Source: a virus
Length of the DNA stretch: 43,188 nt
UHGV virus genome: UHGV-1381253
Strand: one strand, 5' to 3'
The position numbers and the translations under genes are program-made. The notes beneath the pieces were generated by a model that saw only the letters and a program-made list of their open reading frames with translations, searched no databases and was not told where the DNA came from. This document shows, piece by piece, positions 24,366 through 33,000 of the stretch; within the stretch, counting starts at the first letter, position 1, and every line of letters starts with the position of its first letter.

Positions 24366-24825
24366 ACCATTAAATGAGCCTTACGATATGTATGCCATAA
24401 CGGATGAAGGTCATGTGTTTCATTTAGACAAAGAACGATACGAAACCGAATTAGTTGATCCAAAGAATGGGAAAATGTATGTAGTACTTGAAGGCTCACA
24501 TACAAAGTCACGTAAATTCTACGTCTCTCAATTAGTAGCAGACATGTTTGTTAAAAATGAACACAACTTAGGATATTTATATTTTAAAGATGGTAATGTA
24601 CAAAACAGTCACCACACAAATATTGGTTACGCCATTAATCCAAAAGAAGGGGTAGAACGTGTGGCACGTCCCTTCAGAAAGAAAGTAGAGCCAAAACGCC
24701 ATTCGTTAATTGTAGCTATTGGAAAAGCGTGCGAGCAAAAAAACTGGAAAGAAGCCAATAGATTAGGTAGAGAGCTTTGGGAATTAGAAGGAGCAAAATA
24801 TGCAGACAGAAATAAATTAGTATAG
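24355..24825 (+). CDS. NUMOD4-like / degenerate HNH-like protein (156 aa)
   Basis: YAITDEGHVF is NUMOD4-like. YFKDGNVQNSHHTNIGY resembles HNH_3 but lacks the first His, so it is possibly inactive. Confidence 0.35.
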   Translation: MRFEPLNEPYDMYAITDEGHVFHLDKERYETELVDPKNGKMYVVLEGSHTKSRKFYVSQLVADMFVKNEHNLGYLYFKDGNVQNSHHTNIGYAINPKEGVERVARPFRKKVEPKRHSLIVAIGKACEQKNWKEANRLGRELWELEGAKYADRNKLV

Positions 24826-24839
24826 TTGGAGGCAAGCAA

Positions 24840-25595
24840 ATGTCAGAATTTGAATTTGATGTACATTACACAGGAAGTAAAGGCAACAGTGTATCAATCT
24901 ATTATGAGAATCTTGGTTTCCTAATTGATATTGGCAAACCATACAAATACATTGAACCATATTTATATGATAAACAATTTGTATTAATTACGCATAAGCA
25001 CCAGGATCACCTTGTATATACAACATATAAAAAGATTAGAGAAAACTTTCCCCACATTAAAATATTATCTAACGAAACTGTTAACAATGAACTAATAAAA
25101 CGCAAACTTAGTAGTGTAGACATAACATTCAAAGATGATTTCCAGTTTAAAATTGGAGATGTAAAATTTACAACACTTCAAAATTATCATGGTGCAGCTG
25201 AAGACTACACAGAAACACATGGTTTCATTCTAGAGAGTCCTTCGCAAAACTTAATTTATGCCACTGATTTGAGTACTCTAATAGATTATGAAGAATATTG
25301 CTTGACAAATAAAATTAAGTTTGATATTATTCTTTTAGAGGCTAACTATGACCCACAAGTCATTGGTTTATCAGAATATATGAAAATTCACAGTGGATAT
25401 GATACCTTTAACAATGGGTCATATCGCCACCTAAGCACTGTAGACAGAGAGGAGTTTGTTACTAAGTTCAAGAAACCAAATGCTGTAGATGTTGAGCTTC
25501 ACATTTCAGAACGTTATCGTAGCTTTGAAGGATTAATTAGATTAGAAAAAGGAAAAATTAGTCAAAAAGATGTTGACAATTATTTAAAGAGATGA
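24840..25595 (+). CDS. Metallo-beta-lactamase fold hydrolase
   Basis: ITHKHQDH is the HxHxDH motif. 251 aa. Confidence 0.65.
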   Translation: MSEFEFDVHYTGSKGNSVSIYYENLGFLIDIGKPYKYIEPYLYDKQFVLITHKHQDHLVYTTYKKIRENFPHIKILSNETVNNELIKRKLSSVDITFKDDFQFKIGDVKFTTLQNYHGAAEDYTETHGFILESPSQNLIYATDLSTLIDYEEYCLTNKIKFDIILLEANYDPQVIGLSEYMKIHSGYDTFNNGSYRHLSTVDREEFVTKFKKPNAVDVELHISERYRSFEGLIRLEKGKISQKDVDNYLKR

Positions 25596-25624
25596 TATAG
25601 TTAATATATAGAGGAGGAAGAATA

Positions 25625-25777
25625 ATGAAAGATTTGCTAGATAAGTTAAACAATCTCATAAAATTTGAACAGATTGAAATTAAAAGCGCCTACGATAATT
25701 ACTACCCATACGATAAAGTCATTCTAGTTGAAGATTTAATTGATATACTGGACGCTTACGAGCAGGAGGAAGAATAA
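25625..25777 (+). CDS. Small acidic protein (50 aa, not in the ORF track)
   Basis: MKDLLDKLNNLIKFEQIEIKSAYDNYYPYDKVILVEDLIDILDAYEQEEE. RBS AGAGGAGGAAGAATAATG. Confidence 0.35.
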   Translation: MKDLLDKLNNLIKFEQIEIKSAYDNYYPYDKVILVEDLIDILDAYEQEEE

Positions 25778-26004
25778 TGAAATACAAATACGGAGATTTA
25801 GTTAGATTCACAAACAATTATGGAATGCACGCAGCACAAGGCGATGAAGGCACTGTACAACACGTAGACAAGTTTGGAAACATTCTTGTCTTGGTTGAAA
25901 CAGGAGAGTTCGCAGCACGCTTTGAAGAAGTACGTGAAGAAGATATTGAACTGATTGATCGATTAAGTGATGAAGATTTATACTTACTGAAGGAGGAGCT
26001 ATAA
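25777..26004 (+). CDS. Hypothetical protein (75 aa)
   Basis: ATGA overlap. Confidence 0.45.
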   Translation: MKYKYGDLVRFTNNYGMHAAQGDEGTVQHVDKFGNILVLVETGEFAARFEEVREEDIELIDRLSDEDLYLLKEEL

Positions 26005-26005
26005 A

Positions 26006-26230
26006 ATGACTAAGAAACTTACAGTGAACGATGTAGCACATCTACTAGAGGATAATGGGTTAATAGAAGTTATATTTGGAGATGATAATAGGTTTTATTA
26101 TGACACACCTAGATATACAATAGATGAGCTTGTTGGTAAGTATGGAGAACGAGTGGTTACATGGATTACACCAACCCCAGAAGATGGAGATGAAGGAATG
26201 ACAATTGAATTGGAAGGTGATAGAGTATGA
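26006..26230 (+). CDS. Hypothetical protein (74 aa)
   Basis: RBS GGAGGAGCTATAAAATG. Confidence 0.45.
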   Translation: MTKKLTVNDVAHLLEDNGLIEVIFGDDNRFYYDTPRYTIDELVGKYGERVVTWITPTPEDGDEGMTIELEGDRV

Positions 26231-26394
26231 ACTATAAAACACTGTTAAAATTAGATTATGGATATACTGAAAACCAGTTGTTTGATTTAATTGAAAAATA
26301 CAAGTGGCTATTCAAAGTGAATTACACAATTGATGAAATCTTTGCTGTAGAATACAAACGTCTCAAGTTAGAGGATGAAACTCATGGCATTTGA
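26227..26394 (+). CDS. Hypothetical protein (55 aa, not in the ORF track)
   Basis: MNYKTLLKLDYGYTENQLFDLIEKYKWLFKVNYTIDEIFAVEYKRLKLEDETHGI. ATGA overlap. Confidence 0.35.
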   Translation: MNYKTLLKLDYGYTENQLFDLIEKYKWLFKVNYTIDEIFAVEYKRLKLEDETHGI

Positions 26395-27193
26395 ATTATC
26401 AATACAAGCTACAGGTAAACATGAAATACAGTTCATTGGTTACGAAAAAACACTTGAAGACGTAAGGAGGTTAGCTGAACGAATGAAAGAGCAAGAAGTG
26501 AATGAGGAAAATATTATAGAAAATAAAAAACTTCTTGCTGAAATTCGTAAAGAAATTAAAAAGTTAGATTCAGAACGATTAGCGGTTAAGCGTGAAATCA
26601 TGACCCCGTATGATGAATTGAATGAAAAGATTAAACTATTGAAGGAAGTCCTGGGTGAAGGAGAGGAGCATATCAATTCCCAAATTAAACAGATTACACT
26701 ACGAGAACAAGAGGAACGTAAGTTACAAATCAAAGAACTGTTTAAGAAATATCAGAAGTCATATAACTCTCCACAATGGCTTACTTTTGATAAGTTTTTA
26801 GCAAAGAACCCAACGCTTATAACCAATAAGGCTACGAGTGCCAAAAAGATACGTGAAGCAGTGGTTTCTTACTTTGACACCTTTAAGAATGATTACGAAC
26901 AACTAAAACAAACCTACCCTGATAAAGATGATCGTTCAGCCATTTTAATTGCCTACTCTAAAAATGGATTTAATATGCAAGAAGCGATCATTGACTATGC
27001 GAACATGATTGCTGAGAAAGAACGTCTTGAAAAGGAACAGACTAGAATAAAAGAAACCAAAGTGCCTGACATTGTCATTATTACTGGAAACGAGCAAAAA
27101 CAGGAGGCTCCTAAACCAGTTGAATATGTGACAATTAAGGTTAAGAAAGAAGACTTGAAGAAACTTAAAATTGAGTATGAGGTGGTAAAATGA
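26375..27193 (+). CDS. Hypothetical coiled-coil protein (272 aa)
   Basis: Long charged helical regions. Confidence 0.5.
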   Translation: MKLMAFELSIQATGKHEIQFIGYEKTLEDVRRLAERMKEQEVNEENIIENKKLLAEIRKEIKKLDSERLAVKREIMTPYDELNEKIKLLKEVLGEGEEHINSQIKQITLREQEERKLQIKELFKKYQKSYNSPQWLTFDKFLAKNPTLITNKATSAKKIREAVVSYFDTFKNDYEQLKQTYPDKDDRSAILIAYSKNGFNMQEAIIDYANMIAEKERLEKEQTRIKETKVPDIVIITGNEQKQEAPKPVEYVTIKVKKEDLKKLKIEYEVVK

Positions 27194-27408
27194 ATTTAAC
27201 AACTGAGGAACTAATTAAGTTGGTAGAAGAAAATGATTTAAAAGCGTTTGAATTTGAAAATAAGCTACGTGACGAATATGGTTTTGATTCAGATGAATTA
27301 AATAGTTACAATCAAAGTAGTATTATGACATTACTTGGACTAATGAAGTTTAATAATTTAACAGTAGATGAAATGCTAGAAAAGTGTTTAGATGATCTAC
27401 ACAAGTAA
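27190..27408 (+). CDS. Hypothetical protein (72 aa)
   Basis: ATGA overlap. Confidence 0.45.
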   Translation: MNLTTEELIKLVEENDLKAFEFENKLRDEYGFDSDELNSYNQSSIMTLLGLMKFNNLTVDEMLEKCLDDLHK

Positions 27409-27471
27409 GGGAATGTATGATATAATAGATTTTGTAAGCGAGAATAAAACAAATTAATTGGAGGAATTAAA

Positions 27472-28164
27472 ATGTCAGAATTAAAAAAAGTAATTATTGT
27501 TAGTGCAGAGGAAGATGATATTAGTGTGAAATTACAGGTAGCCAGTGAAGATTATAGCGCTATCTATGAAGCAGCAGTATTTAAACAAACATATGATAAA
27601 GACTCTAAAACATGGAATGACTTCACAGATGAAGATACAAAAGGTAAAGAACGATTGGCTAAAGCCTTAGAAATTCTAGGTGGATCGTTTGATAATCTTG
27701 AAGATAAAGAATTAGAAATGTACGTAGACGAAGAAACAGGTAAAGCCTATTTTGAAGAAGGAACATCATTCAAAAAGATTGAGAAACCACTGGTTTCGCT
27801 AAAACGATTAAAGCAAGTACCAATTGTTGAAATCAAAGACAGTGCAAAAGGACGTGCTGTGGTAGTAGAACATGAGGGTAAATATTACTCATTCAACTTC
27901 AACTCAGGAGTTTATATTGAGAAATTGAATAAATTTATTCCTAATCAAGCGAAACTTGCAAAAGCTAAAGCACGCTTCAACGAGTTATTTGAAGATGTGA
28001 ATGTAACATGGGATACATCAGATATGGCAGTTGGACTGGTTGTGGACTGTACTGTAAACAAGAACATGCTGGATCCAAAATCCCCATACGGTTGGTTAGA
28101 GGCACAGCCGCTTGATCCAGATGACCAGAAAGAGGCAGTGACAGAAGAAGACTTACCATTCTAA
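27472..28164 (+). CDS. Putative ssDNA-binding / recombination-associated protein with an SSB-like acidic C-terminal tip (…TEEDLPF)
   Basis: The C-terminal DDQKEAVTEEDLPF resembles the bacterial SSB D-D-D-[IL]-P-F tail. The rest is acidic and not an obvious OB fold. Confidence 0.35.
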   Translation: MSELKKVIIVSAEEDDISVKLQVASEDYSAIYEAAVFKQTYDKDSKTWNDFTDEDTKGKERLAKALEILGGSFDNLEDKELEMYVDEETGKAYFEEGTSFKKIEKPLVSLKRLKQVPIVEIKDSAKGRAVVVEHEGKYYSFNFNSGVYIEKLNKFIPNQAKLAKAKARFNELFEDVNVTWDTSDMAVGLVVDCTVNKNMLDPKSPYGWLEAQPLDPDDQKEAVTEEDLPF

Positions 28165-28173
28165 AATAAATTA

Positions 28174-28210
28174 AAAAAGAGTTAGCCTAAACGGTTGACT
28201 CTTTTCTTTT
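28174..28210 (+). terminator. Rho-independent terminator overlapping the -35 of the next promoter
   Basis: aaagagt ... actcttt stem followed by tctttt. Confidence 0.5.
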
Positions 28211-28223
28211 ATCATGCTAAAAT
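28195..28223 (+). promoter_or_regulatory. Promoter TTGACT-17-TAAAAT
   Basis: ttgact cttttcttttatcatgc taaaat, then the leader ttaacttgtaagataaagaggaggaaatagaATG. Confidence 0.5.
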
Positions 28224-28253
28224 TAACTTGTAAGATAAAGAGGAGGAAATAGA

Positions 28254-28775
28254 ATGGAAGAAATTTGGACAGATACTAAAGACTATGAAGGAGTTTATCA
28301 GGTGAGCAACTTGGGAAGAGTTAAGAGAGTTACAACAGGTAGGATTTTAAAAAGTGGTAAAGATAAAAAAGGATATCTAAAAGTTATCTTATGTAAAAAC
28401 AATATTAAATCAGCCAAGACAATCCACCGTCTAGTAGCTCAAGCATTCATACCAAACCCAGAAAATAAACCACAAGTAAACCATATTGACGAGATTAAAA
28501 CAAATAACATGGTTTCAAATCTAGAATGGATGACTGCTAAGGAAAATACTAATCATGGGACACGTAATGAAAGAGTGGCTAAAGCTGTCAGTAAAACTTT
28601 GAGTATTCCAATCATCGCAATTAATCTAAAAAATGGTGAGTCTACAGACTTCTGTAGTGGTAAAGAATGTGCTAGACAATTAGGTTTAGATCCATCACAC
28701 ATTACAGATGTTTTAAAAAGTAGACGTAGACAAACTGGTGGCTATACATTCAAATATAACGGAGGGTACAACTAA
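28254..28775 (+). CDS. HNH homing endonuclease (NUMOD4 + HNH_3 + C-terminal helix-turn-helix-like DNA-binding motif)
   Basis: [13 protein letters not shown] is NUMOD4. [18 protein letters not shown] is HNH_3. C-terminal [20 protein letters not shown]. Confidence 0.75.
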   Translation: MEEIWTDTKDYEGVYQVSNLGRVKRVTTGRILKSGKDKKGYLKVILCKNNIKSAKTIHRLVAQAFIPNPENKPQVNHIDEIKTNNMVSNLEWMTAKENTNHGTRNERVAKAVSKTLSIPIIAINLKNGESTDFCSGKECARQLGLDPSHITDVLKSRRRQTGGYTFKYNGGYN

Positions 28776-28987
28776 TGAATATTGGAAATGTGGTAGAACT
28801 CAAACGAGATAATCTAAACGGCGTGGGTAATAAAGGTGACAAAGGAGTATTATTATACAAGCTGTATAAGCCAGTTGATGGTTACGAATGCATGGTCAAG
28901 TTATACAGTGGAGTCACTGAAGCCTTCCTAGAAAAAGATTTAAAATTAGCAACAAAAACTATTGACAAAGTAAACTTTGCATGGTAA
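28775..28987 (+). CDS. Hypothetical protein (70 aa)
   Basis: ATGA overlap with the upstream stop. Confidence 0.45.
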   Translation: MNIGNVVELKRDNLNGVGNKGDKGVLLYKLYKPVDGYECMVKLYSGVTEAFLEKDLKLATKTIDKVNFAW

Positions 28988-29021
28988 CATTAACTCATAA
29001 GATAAAGGGAGGAAAATTAAA

Positions 29022-29354
29022 ATGACTAAACAAAACCCAGTACTAGAAACATTGAAGAAAATGAACCACACACAAGAGGAGGAAAAAGAAATGACCAACG
29101 ATCAATTACAAAACGAAATTTTAAAGGAACAATTAACACAACTTAAAAGCATAAAAGAGAATTCTAATAAGCCAAGTTTGACTGTTTATTTATTGCTAGC
29201 ATTGTTCTTGGGTGGTATTGGCGCACATGATTTCTATGTTGGAAAACCAGTAAAAGGACTTATTAAATTAGCGTTCTGTTGGACTGGTATCCCTACAATT
29301 ATTTCACTATTCAATATTATTGGCGCACTGATAAACAAAGATGATTTCAAATAA
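29022..29354 (+). CDS. TM2 domain membrane protein
   Basis: LLLALFLGGIGAHDFYVGKPVKGLIKL matches the TM2 domain core. Two TM helices. Confidence 0.55.
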   Translation: MTKQNPVLETLKKMNHTQEEEKEMTNDQLQNEILKEQLTQLKSIKENSNKPSLTVYLLLALFLGGIGAHDFYVGKPVKGLIKLAFCWTGIPTIISLFNIIGALINKDDFK

Positions 29355-29369
29355 AGGGAGGAACTTTAA

Positions 29370-29576
29370 ATGATGTTAGTAGACAAATTAATTTTAACAG
29401 TCAAAGATGAAGATGGTGTCATCATTAATAGACATTTTAATGAGGTGTATATAAAGATTGATCCAACGCAAATGATGATCGCAAACAAGAAGAACACTAT
29501 TGCTGTTTATAAGTTAGATGATGTACTATATATGCAAACACAAGGCCATCCAAGACAGTTTAGAATGTTCCAATGA
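29370..29576 (+). CDS. Hypothetical protein (68 aa)
   Basis: RBS AAAGGGAGGAAC. Confidence 0.45.
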   Translation: MMLVDKLILTVKDEDGVIINRHFNEVYIKIDPTQMMIANKKNTIAVYKLDDVLYMQTQGHPRQFRMFQ

Positions 29577-29678
29577 GATACACTATTGAGAGTTTCATAG
29601 AGTTTATAGTTTGCACTTGTGTATTAACAATAGATGTGATATACTATATTATATTTAAACGAGAGAGGAAGTAAGTAG

Positions 29679-31958
29679 ATGAAAAACATAGCAGAATTCC
29701 AGGGTGCTGAAAAACTAGCATCTAAACTGTTAGAAATATTTTCTGCATTAGCAGGTAATGGAAAAAGTTTTGATCCTATGACGGAAGGAGTTCATCAAGT
29801 AGTAGTTATCAAAGCAGATGAACGTTTAAGCGCTAAAGGTAAAGAAATGAAAGAGATTAAAGTACGTAGCACAAATGATGGACGTGATACTACTTTTTAT
29901 ATTATGAAGTTTCGCAAACAAGATTGGAAAACGTGGGAAAAGATAGAAGTTGGACAGCAACTGATTATCACTCTAAAATACAGTAATGGTTTCCCTAACG
30001 TAACAATTAACCAAAAAGGAGGAGTTGTTGATAACTTACCTGAGAAACCAAACAAAGCATTGACGAATCAAACAATTTATATTTATGATATTGAAGTATT
30101 TAAAAAAGATAACTTATTTGTCTTTAGAGATTACTTCACTAAAGAATGGACAGTTATTCATAATGATTTAGATGCGTTACGCAAATTCTATCTAGCGAAT
30201 AGAGATTCCTTGTTTGTAGGTTACAACTCACACTCATATGACTCAAATGTCATGCGTGCTTATTTACAAGGCAAAAACCCGTTTCATGTGTCAAAAGCAA
30301 TCATTGAAAGTGATGATAGATCATTAGCATATAAAATGTTTGATACTAATAAAACTCCACTTTTTGGAATGGATTTGTATCAAGACAATAGAGGTTTTAG
30401 TCTGAAAGAACATAGCGCTTTCATGGGTATTAATATTAAAGAAACTGAGGTAGATTTTGATTTAGATAGAGAGCTAACTGAAGAAGAGCAGGTGTTGAAT
30501 GAACTATACTGTAAAAACGACGTCTTAGCTACTGAGAAACGTTTTGAACAAAACATAGGGATGCTAGTAGCTAAGGCTGCAATTGCATTATACTTTGGTT
30601 TAGATAAAATGGCTCTATCAATGACAAACGCAAACTTGACTGCTGAACTATTAGGGGCTGAGAAAACACCTGATAGAGGTGATGAACTAGATAAGTATGA
30701 ACTGCCAGAAGGATTCAAAATTGAGTCAGAGACCATTCGTCAGGCATTTATGACAGATGACTTTGAAGCGAATGATAAAGGTCATGCTAGTATTTCATTA
30801 GATGTTCCTCGTAGAGACGTTACAGAGGTTTTAGGGGTAGGTGGTATACATGGGGCTAAGGAATCATTTATTCATGTAGGTAACTTCCATGCACGTGACG
30901 TGGGTTCACTTTATCCTAATACAATGGTTTTATTTGACTACTTATCAAGAAACATCCAAGAAGACAAACGTCATATTTATCAAATGCTACTTGATGAACG
31001 TATGGAAGCTAAGTATTCTAATAAAGAATTTACTGAAATTAAAGGCGTAAAAATTCCAACCAAGCTATTAATTAATGGCTATAAACTACCATTAAATACT
31101 AAGTATGGTGCAATGGGTGCTGAGTTTAACAAATTGTATGATCCACGCATGCGACTACTTGTTTGTATCACAGGTCAAATGGCAATGTGGGATTTACTAG
31201 AAAAGATTGAAGACCATGCTACTATTATTCAATCAAACACAGATGCTCACTATTACATTCCATTTAGTGAAGAAGATGAAAAAGCCATTGATGATATCGC
31301 AGATGATTGGATGAAACGAACAGGGTACACGTTAGATGATGATCCTTTTAAAGCTATTTTCCAGAAGGACGTCAATAATTACTTGGCAGTTACATCAGAC
31401 GGCAAAGTGAAGGTTAAAGGTGCTATTGGTCTAACAAAGGGATTGAAAGTATCTAAAGCAATTGTATCAAATGCCTTTATAAACTATGTAGTTGCTGGGA
31501 AAGATTATAAAGAGTTCATCAATGAATGTGATGAACTACGTCAATTCCAAATGATTACTAAAACTGGATGGACTTTTGATGATACTATTGTACGTGATGT
31601 TTATGGTAATGAACGCAAAGCACAAAAAGTGAATCGTACATTTGCAATAAAAGACCCTAACAAAGCTGTTGAAATATTTAAAGTAAAACGTGGAGCTGTT
31701 GTTGAAGAGGAAGGTACTACAATTATTGGCGATGATTCTTATACTAAAGGCTTGCCTAATGCACCTGAGTATTATGCCATTGACAATGAAGCAATTGGTG
31801 AAGGATGGATAACTATTGATGATATTGAAAAAGAGTACTATATAAACCAGGTAGAGGACCTGCTAGTACTATGGTTTGGTACTAACTGGAAAGAACGGAT
31901 TGAACAAGCACATAGTCAAATGAAAGAATTTCCAGAAGTTAAAAATTATATTGATTAA
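29679..31958 (+). CDS. Family B DNA polymerase with a 3-prime to 5-prime proofreading exonuclease domain
   Basis: Exo I IYIYDIEVF. Exo II VGYNSHSYD. Exo III YCKNDV. Pol motif A DVGSLYPNTM. Motif B KLPLNTKYGAMG. Motif C SNTDAHYY. Confidence 0.85.
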   Translation: MKNIAEFQGAEKLASKLLEIFSALAGNGKSFDPMTEGVHQVVVIKADERLSAKGKEMKEIKVRSTNDGRDTTFYIMKFRKQDWKTWEKIEVGQQLIITLKYSNGFPNVTINQKGGVVDNLPEKPNKALTNQTIYIYDIEVFKKDNLFVFRDYFTKEWTVIHNDLDALRKFYLANRDSLFVGYNSHSYDSNVMRAYLQGKNPFHVSKAIIESDDRSLAYKMFDTNKTPLFGMDLYQDNRGFSLKEHSAFMGINIKETEVDFDLDRELTEEEQVLNELYCKNDVLATEKRFEQNIGMLVAKAAIALYFGLDKMALSMTNANLTAELLGAEKTPDRGDELDKYELPEGFKIESETIRQAFMTDDFEANDKGHASISLDVPRRDVTEVLGVGGIHGAKESFIHVGNFHARDVGSLYPNTMVLFDYLSRNIQEDKRHIYQMLLDERMEAKYSNKEFTEIKGVKIPTKLLINGYKLPLNTKYGAMGAEFNKLYDPRMRLLVCITGQMAMWDLLEKIEDHATIIQSNTDAHYYIPFSEEDEKAIDDIADDWMKRTGYTLDDDPFKAIFQKDVNNYLAVTSDGKVKVKGAIGLTKGLKVSKAIVSNAFINYVVAGKDYKEFINECDELRQFQMITKTGWTFDDTIVRDVYGNERKAQKVNRTFAIKDPNKAVEIFKVKRGAVVEEEGTTIIGDDSYTKGLPNAPEYYAIDNEAIGEGWITIDDIEKEYYINQVEDLLVLWFGTNWKERIEQAHSQMKEFPEVKNYID

Positions 31959-31962
31959 ACAC

Positions 31963-31991
31963 TTGACACCTCTTAACTGAGGTGTTATACT
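31963..31991 (+). promoter_or_regulatory. Promoter TTGACA-17-TATACT with the inverted repeat acacctc/gaggtgt in the spacer
   Basis: ttgaca cctcttaactgaggtgt tatact, then the leader taattcataaagttaaaggaggaagtaagg. Confidence 0.6.
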
Positions 31992-32024
31992 TAATTCATA
32001 AAGTTAAAGGAGGAAGTAAGGAAT

Positions 32025-32728
32025 ATGAGATATGTAGGAAGTAAAAACAGACTTAGTAAAGAATTAGCACCAATTATCCAAAGTTACATTACAGATGAAA
32101 CGGTGGCATATATTGAACCATTTGTAGGTGGCGCTAATATGATTGATAAAATTAACCACCATAATAAAATTGGTAGTGACATGCACAAGTATTTAATAGC
32201 ATTGCTAAATAAAGCAAGATATGACAAGGATAGTATTCCTGATATAATAGGTTTAGATTATCACTATTCAGTTAAGAAGAATATGGATGAATACCCTGAT
32301 TGGGAAGTTGGTCTAATAGGGTTCTGCAGTTGTTTTGGTGCAGATTTTATGAAGGGATACGCTAGAAACAAAAAAGGAGATAACAGTGGCGCATGGTCAG
32401 CTGGCGCTATTAAAAATTTAAAAAAGCAATCAGAATCTTTTAAAAATATTAAATTTGAATGCAAGTCATTTACTGATTATAATCCAAATAACTATAAAAA
32501 CTGTGTATTCTACTTAGATCCACCATACAGAGAAGTATACGGGTATTCAACTGGTGAATTTCCATATATAGAGAATTTGATGAATGGGCTATTAAATTGG
32601 CTAAAAACAATACTGTACTAATTAGTGAGTATACTATGCCAGAAGATAAATTTGAATGTATCTGGAGTAAAGATACAACGGTATCTATTACTAATCAAAA
32701 GGGTGCAAAAAATAAAAAAAAGAGTTGA
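32025..32728 (+). pseudogene. Second Dam-like N6-adenine MTase, disrupted by a frameshift near 32558-32578. ORF 32025-32621 plus the conserved C-terminus in the -1 frame to 32728.
   Basis: Motif X RYVGSKNRL, motif I EPFVGGANM and motif IV YLDPPY are in frame 0. The conserved C-terminus REFDEWAIKLAKNNTVLISEYTMPEDKFECIWSKDTTVSITNQ is in the frame ending TGA at 32726-32728. It aligns to EFYDWAYEMAKDNVVIISSYEISDKRFKCVYS of the first MTase. The shift lies at the catatatagagaattt run. Confidence 0.55.
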
Positions 32729-32766
32729 AAAATTATTTAAAGTACGCTAAGAGGAGGAATTTAAAA

Positions 32767-32988
32767 ATGATTAAAATTTATACTAAAAACAATTGTATGC
32801 CGTGCAAAATGACCAAGAACTGGCTCAAAGACAAAGGACATACATTTACTGAGGTGAATGTGGATGATAATCTAGAAGGTTTAAATGAATTACTTACTAT
32901 GAACCTGAAAACCCTACCTGTAATTTTTAAAGATGGTGAGTTCGTAAGTATGGGATTTGCACCAAATAAATGGGAAGAATTTAAATAA
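32767..32988 (+). CDS. NrdH / glutaredoxin-like redoxin
   Basis: MIKIYTKNNCMPCKMTKNWL carries a CxxC motif in the thioredoxin-fold position. 73 aa. RBS AAGAGGAGGAATTTAAAAATG. The track ORF starts earlier, at 32725. Confidence 0.55.
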   Translation: MIKIYTKNNCMPCKMTKNWLKDKGHTFTEVNVDDNLEGLNELLTMNLKTLPVIFKDGEFVSMGFAPNKWEEFK

Positions 32989-33000
32989 GGTTGAAAGGAT

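Noticed and set aside
16248-32464. Antisense minus-strand ORFs inside the early arm: 16248-16466, 16872-17063, 17981-18202, 18671-18853, 18959-19273, 20926-21441, 21826-22062, 22887-23108, 23331-23552, 23843-24157, 24326-24511, 24627-24839, 25808-26041, 26060-26242, 26440-26733, 26945-27202, 27977-28159, 30380-30736, 32264-32464
   Set aside because: Each lies opposite a well-supported plus-strand gene with an RBS and coherent operon structure.
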